IMG/VR virus record: IMGVR_UViG_3300020474_000006 | Span: 1 to 64,000 of that record | Reading direction: 5' to 3' (one strand) | Source: an uncultured virus (IMG/VR IMGVR_UViG_3300020474_000006) | Taxonomy: Duplodnaviria > Heunggongvirae > Uroviricota > Caudoviricetes > Kyanoviridae | Length of the DNA stretch: 64,000 nucleotides | Part shown: in pieces, positions 25,649 to 35,114 of the stretch | Layout of the letters: each line of letters begins with the position of its first letter | Numbering within the stretch: position 1 is the first letter of the stretch | Notes under the pieces: model-generated | Database searches by the model: none | What the model was told of the DNA's origin: nothing | What the model saw: only the letters and a program-made list of their open reading frames with translations | Translations under genes and position numbers: made by a program

Positions 25649-26208
25649 AAAGGATTGTTTCGCATATCAACTATATTGTACATAGTATACTTGAAACTTA
25701 CCTCTGCTGTAAAGTACTCGATATCTGTATCAGTTGCATCGAAAGTAACAGTTGAAAGGGAAGTTGGAAATACATCTTTAAAGGTTACTTGAAACTTAGG
25801 AACCAAGTTATTACTGAGGATTTGTAAGGTAGCGTCGGAATAGATATTCAATCCTTCATTATAATATTCTCCACCAACGTCACCAGGTCCAAGTAATTGT
25901 AAGTTTGTGATATCTTTTTCAGATTCGGGATATCCCAATCCACGTATCCATTTCTGGATTTCCATATAATTACCAAGATCTTCATCAACCAAGAATCTGA
26001 TCGTCAAATCCCCAAACTGAACCTTATCTCCGGGGATATCAAGATCTCTCAGATAAGTTGATTGAGTTGCTGTTCCCATATCCATTGATGGGATATTTGC
26101 TTGATTGCAAAAGAAAGCAACTTGAGGACTTCTCTTCAGGAGAAATTTAAATCCTGTTGGGGAAAGAAAATTTCTATTTTCAATTTGTCTTGATGAAGTA
26201 TCAGGCAT
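25645..26208 (-). CDS. gp3: tail tube terminator / tail completion protein
   Basis: NFLSPTGFKF, FLVDEDLGNY, FPTSLS. Confidence 0.9.
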   Translation of the reverse strand: MPDTSSRQIENRNFLSPTGFKFLLKRSPQVAFFCNQANIPSMDMGTATQSTYLRDLDIPGDKVQFGDLTIRFLVDEDLGNYMEIQKWIRGLGYPESEKDITNLQLLGPGDVGGEYYNEGLNIYSDATLQILSNNLVPKFQVTFKDVFPTSLSTVTFDATDTDIEYFTAEVSFKYTMYNIVDMRNNPL

Positions 26209-26210
26209 TA

Positions 26211-26396
26211 TTATTCGCTAACAACAGTAGCACCTGTCCATCCACCATTCTTTCCATCCGAATTGGTCATATCACCTGATGGATCACTGGAGTAGACTTT
26301 TCTCTCAGAAAAATCATCAGTCCATCTTCTATTACCAGTGTAGTAAACATTTATACTGGAATTAATTAAACTGGGTTTTTTAATATGGTATGCCAT
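26211..26396 (-). CDS. small hypothetical late protein
   Basis: 61 aa, preceded by GCTAAATA late-like promoter (26419-26426). Confidence 0.7.
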   Translation of the reverse strand: MAYHIKKPSLINSSINVYYTGNRRWTDDFSERKVYSSDPSGDMTNSDGKNGGWTGATVVSE

Positions 26397-26428
26397 TTTT
26401 AATAGTTCTCTACATTTTTATTTAGCAT

Positions 26429-26453
26429 AAAAAAAGAGGGTCCGAAGACCCTC
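26429..26453 (-). terminator. intrinsic terminator after the major capsid gene
   Basis: GAGGGTC-TTCG-GACCCTC-T7. Confidence 0.93.
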
Positions 26454-26476
26454 CAGTATGTATATGTGAATACGGA

Positions 26477-27871
26477 TCACATGAGGTTCTTGACAGTAAC
26501 GCGCTGATAGTAGCGGTTGCTGTTGACGCGGAGGCGTCCAAGTCCCTGAGTAGTTCCTTCTGCGAATGGGTTGGAAACAAGACCATAACGAGTCTTGAAG
26601 CCAATTTTGGGCTGGAAGGAGTTCTCTCCAACAGCACGAACCATCTGGAGGGGAACGTAAGGGCAATAGAACAGACCTGCGTCATAAGGGGAAGTACCCT
26701 TGTAACCAACAACGTAGTATTGGTTAGCAGCAGAGTTTGCAGAATAAGGATCGATGTATACACGATACTTACCTTGCAGAACACCAGCGAAGGTGTTACC
26801 CGTGTCATCAACGTTAAGGTTAGCGTTGAGTGCAGGGGTGTAGTCGAGCACACCAGCCATGGTCAGTGCAGACGCAACGTCAGCAGAACACATGATGATG
26901 TTGCCCTTTCCTCTACGAGTTCTTTGGGCGATGCGGTTTGCATCTCTCTCGATTTGGAACAGAAGACCTTTGAACTTCTCAACAGACCAACGTCCGTTTG
27001 AGTCGATGTCAAGGTCAAACTCACCTTGGGTTGCAACGTTGGTAGCAGCACCTTGCTCAGCAACCTTATAGATGGTTCTGATGACTTCTCTGTTGATTTC
27101 CGCAAGGATTTCAGTAGAGAGGATGTTAGCAAGTTCTGCTTCAGCGTTAAGACCGTGGATTGCCTTAAGGTCTTGTGCCAGTTCCAAGGAGTACTCTGCT
27201 TTCAGAGCTCTGGACTTAGCGGTTACAGTGACTTTCTCGATCGAGAATGCCATCTGGTTGAATGCCGTTGCACCAGTTCCATCAAGTGCTTCAGCAGTGT
27301 CGGTACGCATACCCTGACCTACATCGTAGGCAGTAGAGGTAGCGGAACCAGTTGGGTTCAGGACACCAGGATTAGTACCAGACTGAGAAGTAGTACCAAG
27401 ACCAGCAGCAACATCGGTGAAACCGTTGGTGTTGTTGAGTCCTGCGGGTTGTCCAGAGAACGCGGAATCGACTTCATCGAAGAAGGTCTCGCTTCCAGAC
27501 TGATCGGTCTTACGGGAGCGCATCGCGAAGATGAGTCCAGTAGGTCCGCTCATGGGTTGAACGCCTGCGAGGTCATATGCGACCAGGTTAGGCATTGAGC
27601 GTCTGATCAAGGAGATCAGAACGGGGTCGAAACCAGCAGTAGGACCTGCAGCAGCAGAGGAACCGGTGAATCCACCGTTGCCTACTTGGTTCGTTGGTTG
27701 CTCGGTAAGCATTCCGCCTTGATCAAAGGCAGACTGCTCACGCATAAATTTTTCTTGGTTTTCGAGCAGGACAGCGGTAACAGCTCTACGATGAGAATCT
27801 TGAATCTTATCGCATCCTTCAGCGTTTAGAAGGGGTGCCCACTTTTCCTGCAACTGTTCGGATTGGAACAT
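26477..27871 (-). CDS. gp23: major capsid protein
   Basis: GVQPMSGPTGLIFAMR, KSRALKAEYS, YCPYVPL, FQPKIGFKTRYG. Confidence 0.99.
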   Translation of the reverse strand: MFQSEQLQEKWAPLLNAEGCDKIQDSHRRAVTAVLLENQEKFMREQSAFDQGGMLTEQPTNQVGNGGFTGSSAAAGPTAGFDPVLISLIRRSMPNLVAYDLAGVQPMSGPTGLIFAMRSRKTDQSGSETFFDEVDSAFSGQPAGLNNTNGFTDVAAGLGTTSQSGTNPGVLNPTGSATSTAYDVGQGMRTDTAEALDGTGATAFNQMAFSIEKVTVTAKSRALKAEYSLELAQDLKAIHGLNAEAELANILSTEILAEINREVIRTIYKVAEQGAATNVATQGEFDLDIDSNGRWSVEKFKGLLFQIERDANRIAQRTRRGKGNIIMCSADVASALTMAGVLDYTPALNANLNVDDTGNTFAGVLQGKYRVYIDPYSANSAANQYYVVGYKGTSPYDAGLFYCPYVPLQMVRAVGENSFQPKIGFKTRYGLVSNPFAEGTTQGLGRLRVNSNRYYQRVTVKNLM

Positions 27872-27912
27872 TTGCTTAAAGTGTAATGTTTACGTTTGAT
27901 TTAATGTTAAAT

Positions 27913-29022
27913 TCAGTTTTGCTTTCCGAAAGAACCTAAGGTTCTCAGGTATGCTGACATAGATGCAGAATGAGATTCAAGTCCCTCTGCACTATCTACA
28001 CCCTCAGAAAGGGTTTCGGACTTAGCATTGGAAATCTCTTTCTTAGAGTTGAAATACGACTCTTTGAGGGTTTCCAGTTTGTCACGATATTGTTCTTCAC
28101 TTTCAAACTCTACACTTTCGGAAAGTGAAGCGAGTTTCTCCTTCTGAGTAGACGCGAGTCCTTCAGAAACTTGATCAAGAATACCATCGGCGGTTGCTTC
28201 GGAGAGGCGACCGTTTAAATTGATGTTCTTCTCAATCTGCTCGTTGAGTTTTGTCTCCATATCATCAAGTTTTTCTACCATGCTCTCAAGCACATCATAC
28301 TTATCTTCAGGGATTGATACATAATGTTCTTCAAAAAGACCCTTCATTCCTTCAAGGAACGATTCGGTCATTTCAGTCTTGAGACCTGCCTCAATGGCAA
28401 GTGAGTTTTCTTCAAACCACTCGTCAGAGACATACTCAAGATAAGAATCTACACGCTCAGCGAGGGATTCTTTAGCAGACTGAATTTCTTCTGCCAATTT
28501 TTCTTGATACTGTGCTTCCAGTTCTTCTTTAACGGCAGCAACCTTAGAGTTGATTGCTGCTTCAAAGATGGTCTTTGCCTTTTCTTTGAAATCTTCGGAG
28601 AGTTCTTCGCCACCGAGGAGAGCATTGACATCTTCTTCGACATCATACTCGGCAACAATTGTTTCTTCTTCCGAAACTACATCTTCAGTAGAAGTAGAAA
28701 TTTCTTCCTCTTCGATGGTTTCTTCGGTCGAAACTTCTTCTTCTTCCTTCATGCCTTTCATGGGATCTGCTTTACCAGCACTCTTAGTTACTACATCCTT
28801 AACTTGCTTAAGGGTTCCACCAGGTGTCTTCAGTTTCGCTGAATCGTCATCTGATTTATAATTTTCTGGGGTAGGACCACCAAGATCCTCGACACTTGCT
28901 AACTGGGTTCCTGGATCTGCCATGGTAGGCATGGGATCAGCAGGTTTTGCCCCAGCATTAACAGCGGTGCGGGATTGCTGTGTCTTTACATCCATTTCTT
29001 GTAATTTTTTACCACGAGACAT
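27913..29022 (-). CDS. gp22: prohead core scaffold protein
   Basis: Acidic coiled coil, KAKTIFEAA, YLEYVSDEW, LKESYF. Confidence 0.95.
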   Translation of the reverse strand: MSRGKKLQEMDVKTQQSRTAVNAGAKPADPMPTMADPGTQLASVEDLGGPTPENYKSDDDSAKLKTPGGTLKQVKDVVTKSAGKADPMKGMKEEEEVSTEETIEEEEISTSTEDVVSEEETIVAEYDVEEDVNALLGGEELSEDFKEKAKTIFEAAINSKVAAVKEELEAQYQEKLAEEIQSAKESLAERVDSYLEYVSDEWFEENSLAIEAGLKTEMTESFLEGMKGLFEEHYVSIPEDKYDVLESMVEKLDDMETKLNEQIEKNINLNGRLSEATADGILDQVSEGLASTQKEKLASLSESVEFESEEQYRDKLETLKESYFNSKKEISNAKSETLSEGVDSAEGLESHSASMSAYLRTLGSFGKQN

Positions 29023-29058
29023 TTGAACTCTCCGTTTTTTCCGTATTAAAACTATATT

Positions 29059-29066
29059 TATTTATA
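29059..29066 (-). promoter_or_regulatory. late promoter (gp22-gp23)
   Basis: TATAAATA exact. Confidence 0.88.
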
Positions 29067-29069
29067 AAA

Positions 29070-29720
29070 TTAAAGATTAGATAAGAAGTCATTGAATAAG
29101 TTTAACTTATTCTCATCTAATTGTTTTTGGTCTACAAGTGTATTGATTTGCTTGTATGTCTTCTCAGCAAACTTCTCACGAAGAATACCTCCATCCCATA
29201 CCCAATCCTTACCTTCCATAATACCTTCAACAAAAGCATCTGGTGCAGAAGGATCCGCAACGATATCAGCAGCAGTTGCTAACATAAAATCATCACCGAC
29301 AATGTTAACACCTTCACGGGTCTGCTTTAATGAACCAATACCGCGAGATGAAACCCCGAGTTTTACACCTTCACCGATAAGTGACTGTGCAATCATACCC
29401 ATAGGAGTGCTGAGAATCTTTGCTTTTCCAACAAAGTTAGATCCACTTTCTCTAAGTGATACAATTTTATGAGAAACTCTATCTAGATTGACAGTGGGTC
29501 CATCAGGATGTCCAAGTTCTCCAAGTGCTCTACCAGCATTAACATGTGCTTCATTATAGCGACCCACTTCACGACGAAGTGTTTCCATCGGATACATACG
29601 ACCATTACGGTTTTTGATGTTTCCTTGAAGGAATACTCCTTCAATATACATAGATTTTTTGCCGTTTTTAGATTCGACAAGAAACTCTACTGATTCTATT
29701 TCTTCTCTGATTAGTTTCAT
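29070..29720 (-). CDS. gp21: prohead protease
   Basis: NRNGRMYP, GELGHP, GVSSRGIGS, DIVADPSAPDA. Confidence 0.97.
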   Translation of the reverse strand: MKLIREEIESVEFLVESKNGKKSMYIEGVFLQGNIKNRNGRMYPMETLRREVGRYNEAHVNAGRALGELGHPDGPTVNLDRVSHKIVSLRESGSNFVGKAKILSTPMGMIAQSLIGEGVKLGVSSRGIGSLKQTREGVNIVGDDFMLATAADIVADPSAPDAFVEGIMEGKDWVWDGGILREKFAEKTYKQINTLVDQKQLDENKLNLFNDFLSNL

Positions 29721-29747
29721 TTGACTGGTAGATTATTTTACTTGAAA

Positions 29748-30005
29748 TTAAGTGCGTGCGTCTACATTAACTTTAGTTCCTTTTAACGCAGCATTACCTC
29801 TCAGACCCTGACCGATATCTATGTGGATAACGAGAGAACCTGCAGCGGGAACTGTTATAGATCCTAGGTCTGCATCATCATCGGCATTACGAACAGTCAC
29901 ATCATAATCATTTGTATTGTCAGTATTGCCAATATAAACTGCTGTTGAGGTTTTAAATTTGGTTGTACCTGTTGCCAACGCAGTGGCATCTCCTAAGACT
30001 TTCAT
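29748..30005 (-). CDS. small beta-rich hypothetical (possible virion) protein
   Basis: 85 aa in the head cluster; own TATAAATA. Confidence 0.75.
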   Translation of the reverse strand: MKVLGDATALATGTTKFKTSTAVYIGNTDNTNDYDVTVRNADDDADLGSITVPAAGSLVIHIDIGQGLRGNAALKGTKVNVDART

Positions 30006-30028
30006 CTTTCCTAACTTTCAGTATAATT

Positions 30029-30036
30029 TATTTATA
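30029..30036 (-). promoter_or_regulatory. late promoter
   Basis: TATAAATA exact. Confidence 0.85.
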
Positions 30037-30237
30037 TTAAACGCCATCACTGGTCTCAAGTTCCTCATCATCAACTTCAACTTCAATAGGATCCTCTCCG
30101 GCAAATACACCATTTGCTACTATCGGACGAAAAGCATCAAGTCTTTCTGCCGATTTCGTATATAGCATATCTTTGAGAGCATCACTGATTTGAGATGGTG
30201 ACTCGTCAGCAATCATCATATCTAAAAGGTCATCCAT
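30037..30237 (-). CDS. small acidic prohead core protein candidate (gp67-like position)
   Basis: MDDLLDMM..., acidic, directly after the portal gene. Confidence 0.7.
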   Translation of the reverse strand: MDDLLDMMIADESPSQISDALKDMLYTKSAERLDAFRPIVANGVFAGEDPIEVEVDDEELETSDGV

Positions 30238-30265
30238 TTGGAATTGTATAGTAAACAACTAGATT

Positions 30266-30273
30266 TATTTATA
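30266..30273 (-). promoter_or_regulatory. late promoter overlapping the gp20 stop
   Basis: TATAAATA exact. Confidence 0.85.
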
Positions 30274-31933
30274 TTTCGCCACCCTTGGGTAATTCGGGTG
30301 CTTCTGTTGCAGATCCATCTATTTCAGGTTCCATCACTGGAGCACCTAAATCTCCACCAGTACCTTCTGGTGCAAAGGGCAATCCTGTCGAAGGATCAAT
30401 AGTTGCAGGGTCAGGAATAATACCTTTCTTAATTTCATTTTCAATCAACTTATCCTGCTCAATAATCTCCATATCAGTTTGACGTAGGATTTTACGACGA
30501 ACATAATCTTGAGAGTAATACTTACCAATATATGGTTCTGCAGTTGCAGCTAGAGCCAATCTTTCATTCATCAACTCTGCTTCTTTTAATTCAGAGAAGT
30601 GATTGTCATACAGGAAATCATACTGAATGTGCTCACTCATAATCTCCCAATCTTCTGGGGTAATTACATTCTTCAGGAGTAATTGGGTCTTCAGCATGTC
30701 ATTAAACATGTTGGAGAATCTCTTTCTTAAACGAGAAACAAACTTGGTGAACTTAAGTTCATCTCTTAAGATCTCAGAAGATCTCCCCAAGTTAAACCCA
30801 CCTTCTCCATCCATTCGTGATGGAGGGACGTTAAGCGAACGGTAGAGTTTCTTTTTAAAATATTCAATATCAGTGATTTCACCCAGGTTTTGTCCGCCAG
30901 GGAGAGTGGAGATTTCGGTTCCTCTTCCACCCTCACGCCTGGGAAGCCAGAAGTCCTCAAGCATTGCCATGTATTTTTTGTCATCACGAATCTCTCCAGT
31001 GTTCGCATCGTATACGAGTTTGTTACGATAACGCATCATAACGTCACGTAGATATTGTTCTGCTTTTTGCTTAGGAAGATTGCCAACATCAATGTAGAAA
31101 ATTCTACGTTCTGGTGCTCTTGATAGTCTGTAGATAACAAGACTATCCTCAATCATCCGAAGTTGATTAAGAGACTTAATTGCTTTGTGAAGGTAAGAAA
31201 GAGTTGATCCTTTATTTCTATCTACTAAACCAGAAGTACAGTATGTAACTGAATCTCTAGCAATTTTAATTCCTTGATTTGCACTAGACTGCATGGGGTT
31301 TCCGCCATATGTAGTCTTAGGATTGTAAATAAAATACTCTTCAATTTCAGGGAAATCATAATCCATAGGATTATCACTTCTAGAATTAACTAGTAAATTA
31401 TTTCTACCATCATTTGGTTTTTTCTTTTGCTGTCTAACATAACGCATTTTCATAGCGTCAATGTAACGCAACTCTTGAATACCTTCTTCAGGTTTCTTTA
31501 TATCAATAATTTTATGATAATAGATACGACCATCAACATACCAGTTACGGTAAATTTCATGTGCTTTTTTATCAAAATCCAATAAATCTAAGATATACTT
31601 AAACTCTTTACGAATTTTTGTTTTAATGCCATCACTGGCATTTAAATTTGAAAGTTCTATTTCTACAGGACTATCATTTGAGTCTGAAACAACTGCCTCA
31701 TTTACAATATCTTCAATTGCACTGTCTGCTTCTGGATGAAGTGACATTTCACGATATCGTTTGATTAGTTCAAACTCATTTTTAAAAACACCTTCAATGT
31801 CTACATGAGTACCAAAAAAACCACTACTCATATAGTGGTCAGACCCATCCTCATTGTTGGGAGGAACGGGACTGACTGCACTTGGAGATAGTGGTTCGGT
31901 GTCCTCTATTGAGAACCCAAATAACTTGGACAT
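30269..31933 (-). CDS. gp20: portal protein
   Basis: YRLSRAPERRIFYIDVGNLP, EDFWLPRREGGRGTEI. Confidence 0.99.
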   Translation of the reverse strand: MSKLFGFSIEDTEPLSPSAVSPVPPNNEDGSDHYMSSGFFGTHVDIEGVFKNEFELIKRYREMSLHPEADSAIEDIVNEAVVSDSNDSPVEIELSNLNASDGIKTKIRKEFKYILDLLDFDKKAHEIYRNWYVDGRIYYHKIIDIKKPEEGIQELRYIDAMKMRYVRQQKKKPNDGRNNLLVNSRSDNPMDYDFPEIEEYFIYNPKTTYGGNPMQSSANQGIKIARDSVTYCTSGLVDRNKGSTLSYLHKAIKSLNQLRMIEDSLVIYRLSRAPERRIFYIDVGNLPKQKAEQYLRDVMMRYRNKLVYDANTGEIRDDKKYMAMLEDFWLPRREGGRGTEISTLPGGQNLGEITDIEYFKKKLYRSLNVPPSRMDGEGGFNLGRSSEILRDELKFTKFVSRLRKRFSNMFNDMLKTQLLLKNVITPEDWEIMSEHIQYDFLYDNHFSELKEAELMNERLALAATAEPYIGKYYSQDYVRRKILRQTDMEIIEQDKLIENEIKKGIIPDPATIDPSTGLPFAPEGTGGDLGAPVMEPEIDGSATEAPELPKGGEI

Positions 31934-31976
31934 GATTATATTAATCTAAGTTTCCTTAGACTATTTAGACCAGATA

Positions 31977-32555
31977 TCAAACAGACTGGGGATACCAGTA
32001 GTTAACTGCAAATTCTACAGTAAATTCTTCAATAGTATCCGTAGTATCGTAAGACAGGTCAATTGCAGAAATATTAACTGGAAAGATGTCTGCAAATTTA
32101 TACTTTGCAATAGTCTCAAGACCAGTTCCCTTGGAGTTGTTTACACCGTAACCAACGTTAGACTTTTTCCTGCCTAAGTGTTTAACGGTAGCAGATCTCA
32201 TATAATCTGAGGGATTGGTTGCACCAGATGCTTCTTGATAGTTAGCAACGAACTGTGCCCATTCTTCAAATGCTCTTCTGATTTTGAAATCAGTGTCATT
32301 AATGACGGTAATGGTCCAGTTATCAAATGTACGGTCACCATTAACTTTGAAAGTACGTCCTCTAAAAGGAACATCAATCGAAGCTACATTAGAAGCAGGA
32401 AGGTTTGCTGCCTTACACATATATTTAAAAACGTCTCCATCATACTTGGCAACCCCCGTAGGAAGATCGCCAGGTGTGATTTCAACCTCAAATAGATTGG
32501 GGCGTGCGCCGCCCCCTACAAGTTTTGATTTAAAGTCGGTAAGTGAATGTGCCAT
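31977..32555 (-). CDS. gp19: tail tube protein
   Basis: GGARPNLF, GDRTFDNWTITV, IEEFTVEF; TCTAAATA upstream (32575-32582). Confidence 0.96.
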   Translation of the reverse strand: MAHSLTDFKSKLVGGGARPNLFEVEITPGDLPTGVAKYDGDVFKYMCKAANLPASNVASIDVPFRGRTFKVNGDRTFDNWTITVINDTDFKIRRAFEEWAQFVANYQEASGATNPSDYMRSATVKHLGRKKSNVGYGVNNSKGTGLETIAKYKFADIFPVNISAIDLSYDTTDTIEEFTVEFAVNYWYPQSV

Positions 32556-32593
32556 TTTTAATTCTCCTTATTGTTATTTAGATAATAATATAA

Positions 32594-34813
32594 TCAAACT
32601 CTACCTGCTACTTCTTCAAAACTGACGCCAGTTCTGGTAGCAACGAAAGTAAGTGTTACGTAGTTGATGCTCTTAGCAGGTTTCAGGAAGATGTCTGCTC
32701 TGAACTCATTATTATCAATAACATCAGGAGTGTTATTTGTACTGTCACAAATAACCAAGAATCCGTAGAGTCCTCTCTTCGCTTCAATATCACGCAAGAA
32801 GGGTTCAACGATGTTTCTAAAGTTTGCTCTCGTTAACTCATCATTGAGTTCAAAGAGTTGAGCTTGTGCTGCTCTCTCAAGTGCTTGCTCAATAGTGAGG
32901 AACAAACGACGAACGTTAATTCTGTCAAATGCGGAGGCATATCCAAGAGCAGTCTTGTCTCCAAACAGAAGTGTTCCGATACCAGGTGTGGTGATAAAGG
33001 AGTTAACTCTGTTAGGATACAGTTTGTCTCTTTGTGCTTTGGTTGGGTTGTATGCAAGTTTAACCGAGTTGTTGATAACTCCACGCTGTTGTCCGGCAGG
33101 CGAGAACCATGGGAATGCAACCAAGTTTGTGCGAGTCATCAGACCAGCAACATCTGGGTTACATGGTACATAACGGAAGATGTTGTTAAATCTGTCATAC
33201 TGATACTTGTAACCACTATCGAAGATCGCGTATGAAGACGATTGAAGTGGAGCAAAGTAGTTAATTAAGTTGTTTGTTTGAGTCGTGGTGTTGGTGATGT
33301 TAACCAAGTTTGCTCTATGAGGACCAACAACCGCAACACAATCTTTTCTTGCATTTGCAAGAGAGATGATGTAGTTTGCCTTTGCCTGTGAATCAGACTC
33401 ATTGGTACAACCAGGACCCATGATCAGGTAGTCAACTTCAATCTCGTCTTTGTTTTCAAAGAGTTGATAAGAAGTGATGAGGCTAGAAAGTTCTGCCTTC
33501 ATTCCGTTTGCTGCGGAATAATCAACACCACCACCAAGAGTGAAGGTCTTATTACCAAGAACAGAGAAGGTTACATCCTGAGAATCAAGTCCGAAGAGAC
33601 CGTCGCCAGTTGTAACTGGAGTAAAGTCAGTGGAGAATCCAGATGCTCTAGGTACGCAAGTAGAACCGCCACTGGTAGTGATACCAGAGGAAAGGTTGTA
33701 TCCAGAGTAGACATTTGCAGAGAAGTCTGCAATATAGTCCTTGTAGTAGTTCTTAGTAGGAGCGTTGTAATCTGAGATAGCATCTCCTGCTTTGGAGAGA
33801 TTCAAGAAATTCTCAATCAGATTACCCTTGATACCAGTAATACTTCCGGTATCATCAACGACAGCAACGTGGATACCATCGTTCTTACCATTTCTATCGG
33901 TTACAAAGACGTTAGACGTAGGTCTTGGAGCGATAGACTTCCAGAACAGAGTAGAGTTGCTTAAACCAAGAGTTTGTTGATCATACCAGTCAACTGCAGT
34001 TCCAGGTGTATATACTTTATTAGGAATTATACCCGTGGTATTAACACCAGCGTTGTTGACAATGTTCAGTCCAGTTCCAGTTCCGAATGCTGCGAAGGAA
34101 GTACCCTCTGCATAATCGATTTTGGTTTCGGTGGATCCAGTACCGACAGTTTCTACGCGAGAAACAACTTTGATATCAATTGTACTAGAATTGCCACTAG
34201 AGTCCGTCGTCAGACCCGTGATGATTCCTTTCAGGAATCCAGTAAATTCAGAGGTAGTTCCAGTTCCAGGAATTACAACTCCACTCAGGGAAGCGGTAAC
34301 TCCAAATCCGATTTGTGCTCCAGCTTGACTGAGAGAAGTGGTTGCTATGCCAACAGTTTGATCTGCAAAATCATCGATGTAGCAGACTTTTAAACCGTTG
34401 CCCCAAGCACCAGGGTTCTTAGCAGCATAAGTAAAAGTATTATCACTTTCCTTATGGTTCTGCTGATAATCGTCGTAGTTATTAATTTTTAAAGATGTTG
34501 TTGAAGCAATACCAACACCCGCGTTAGCATTGTTCAGCTGAGTATCATCTGTTCTTACAACCTTAAGAACTCCTCCATAGGAAAGATAGTTTGATGCACT
34601 CATCCAGTACTCATATTGAGCATCTGTCGAGATTGGTTTACCAAACGTACTAATGAGGTCTTGCTCAGTGCTGATGTCAATTGGTTCGTCAACAGGTCCA
34701 ATTGCAAAAGGTCCCGCAATCGCTCCTATATTATCTAATACGTTCTCAGCTCTTCCTACTGTAAGGTCAACCTCCCGGACTAATACGCCTGGAGACAATT
34801 GAGGAGTCGCCAT
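32594..34813 (-). CDS. gp18: contractile tail sheath protein
   Basis: SPGVLVREVD, WFSPAG, FDRINVRRLF, KPAKSINYV. Confidence 0.98.
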   Translation of the reverse strand: MATPQLSPGVLVREVDLTVGRAENVLDNIGAIAGPFAIGPVDEPIDISTEQDLISTFGKPISTDAQYEYWMSASNYLSYGGVLKVVRTDDTQLNNANAGVGIASTTSLKINNYDDYQQNHKESDNTFTYAAKNPGAWGNGLKVCYIDDFADQTVGIATTSLSQAGAQIGFGVTASLSGVVIPGTGTTSEFTGFLKGIITGLTTDSSGNSSTIDIKVVSRVETVGTGSTETKIDYAEGTSFAAFGTGTGLNIVNNAGVNTTGIIPNKVYTPGTAVDWYDQQTLGLSNSTLFWKSIAPRPTSNVFVTDRNGKNDGIHVAVVDDTGSITGIKGNLIENFLNLSKAGDAISDYNAPTKNYYKDYIADFSANVYSGYNLSSGITTSGGSTCVPRASGFSTDFTPVTTGDGLFGLDSQDVTFSVLGNKTFTLGGGVDYSAANGMKAELSSLITSYQLFENKDEIEVDYLIMGPGCTNESDSQAKANYIISLANARKDCVAVVGPHRANLVNITNTTTQTNNLINYFAPLQSSSYAIFDSGYKYQYDRFNNIFRYVPCNPDVAGLMTRTNLVAFPWFSPAGQQRGVINNSVKLAYNPTKAQRDKLYPNRVNSFITTPGIGTLLFGDKTALGYASAFDRINVRRLFLTIEQALERAAQAQLFELNDELTRANFRNIVEPFLRDIEAKRGLYGFLVICDSTNNTPDVIDNNEFRADIFLKPAKSINYVTLTFVATRTGVSFEEVAGRV

Positions 34814-34892
34814 GTTTTTTTCTCCGTGGTCTCATGTTTAACTGAAAATATTTATTAAAAACGATGTTTTCACAGGGGAAATATGACGTGAA

Positions 34893-35114
34893 TTACCAAT
34901 CTGGGTATTCCCATCTTATACCTGGTTTTTTATTTGACAATATTCTTTTTATTGTACATTCTTTGCATTCATAAGAATATGATGAAGCAACCGGTCCTCT
35001 ATCCTTTCTTGTTCTATAAAATCCATCAATTAAATTTTTTGTTATTCCACAGGTTCTACATTTTCTATCTTGTAGTAAAAGGTGACCAAGTTTTATTTGA
35101 CCATCAAGATCCAT
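34893..35114 (-). CDS. small zinc-finger protein (CxxC...CxxC)
   Basis: CRTC...FY...ECKEC; TAATG overlap with the gp17 stop. Confidence 0.75.
   Translation of the reverse strand: MDLDGQIKLGHLLLQDRKCRTCGITKNLIDGFYRTRKDRGPVASSYSYECKECTIKRILSNKKPGIRWEYPDW

Noticed and set aside
26422..27598. Alternative-frame and antisense ORFs over gp23 (143 aa, 190 aa and others)
   Set aside because: Explained by the strong codon bias of the capsid gene; no SD, promoter or protein-like motifs.
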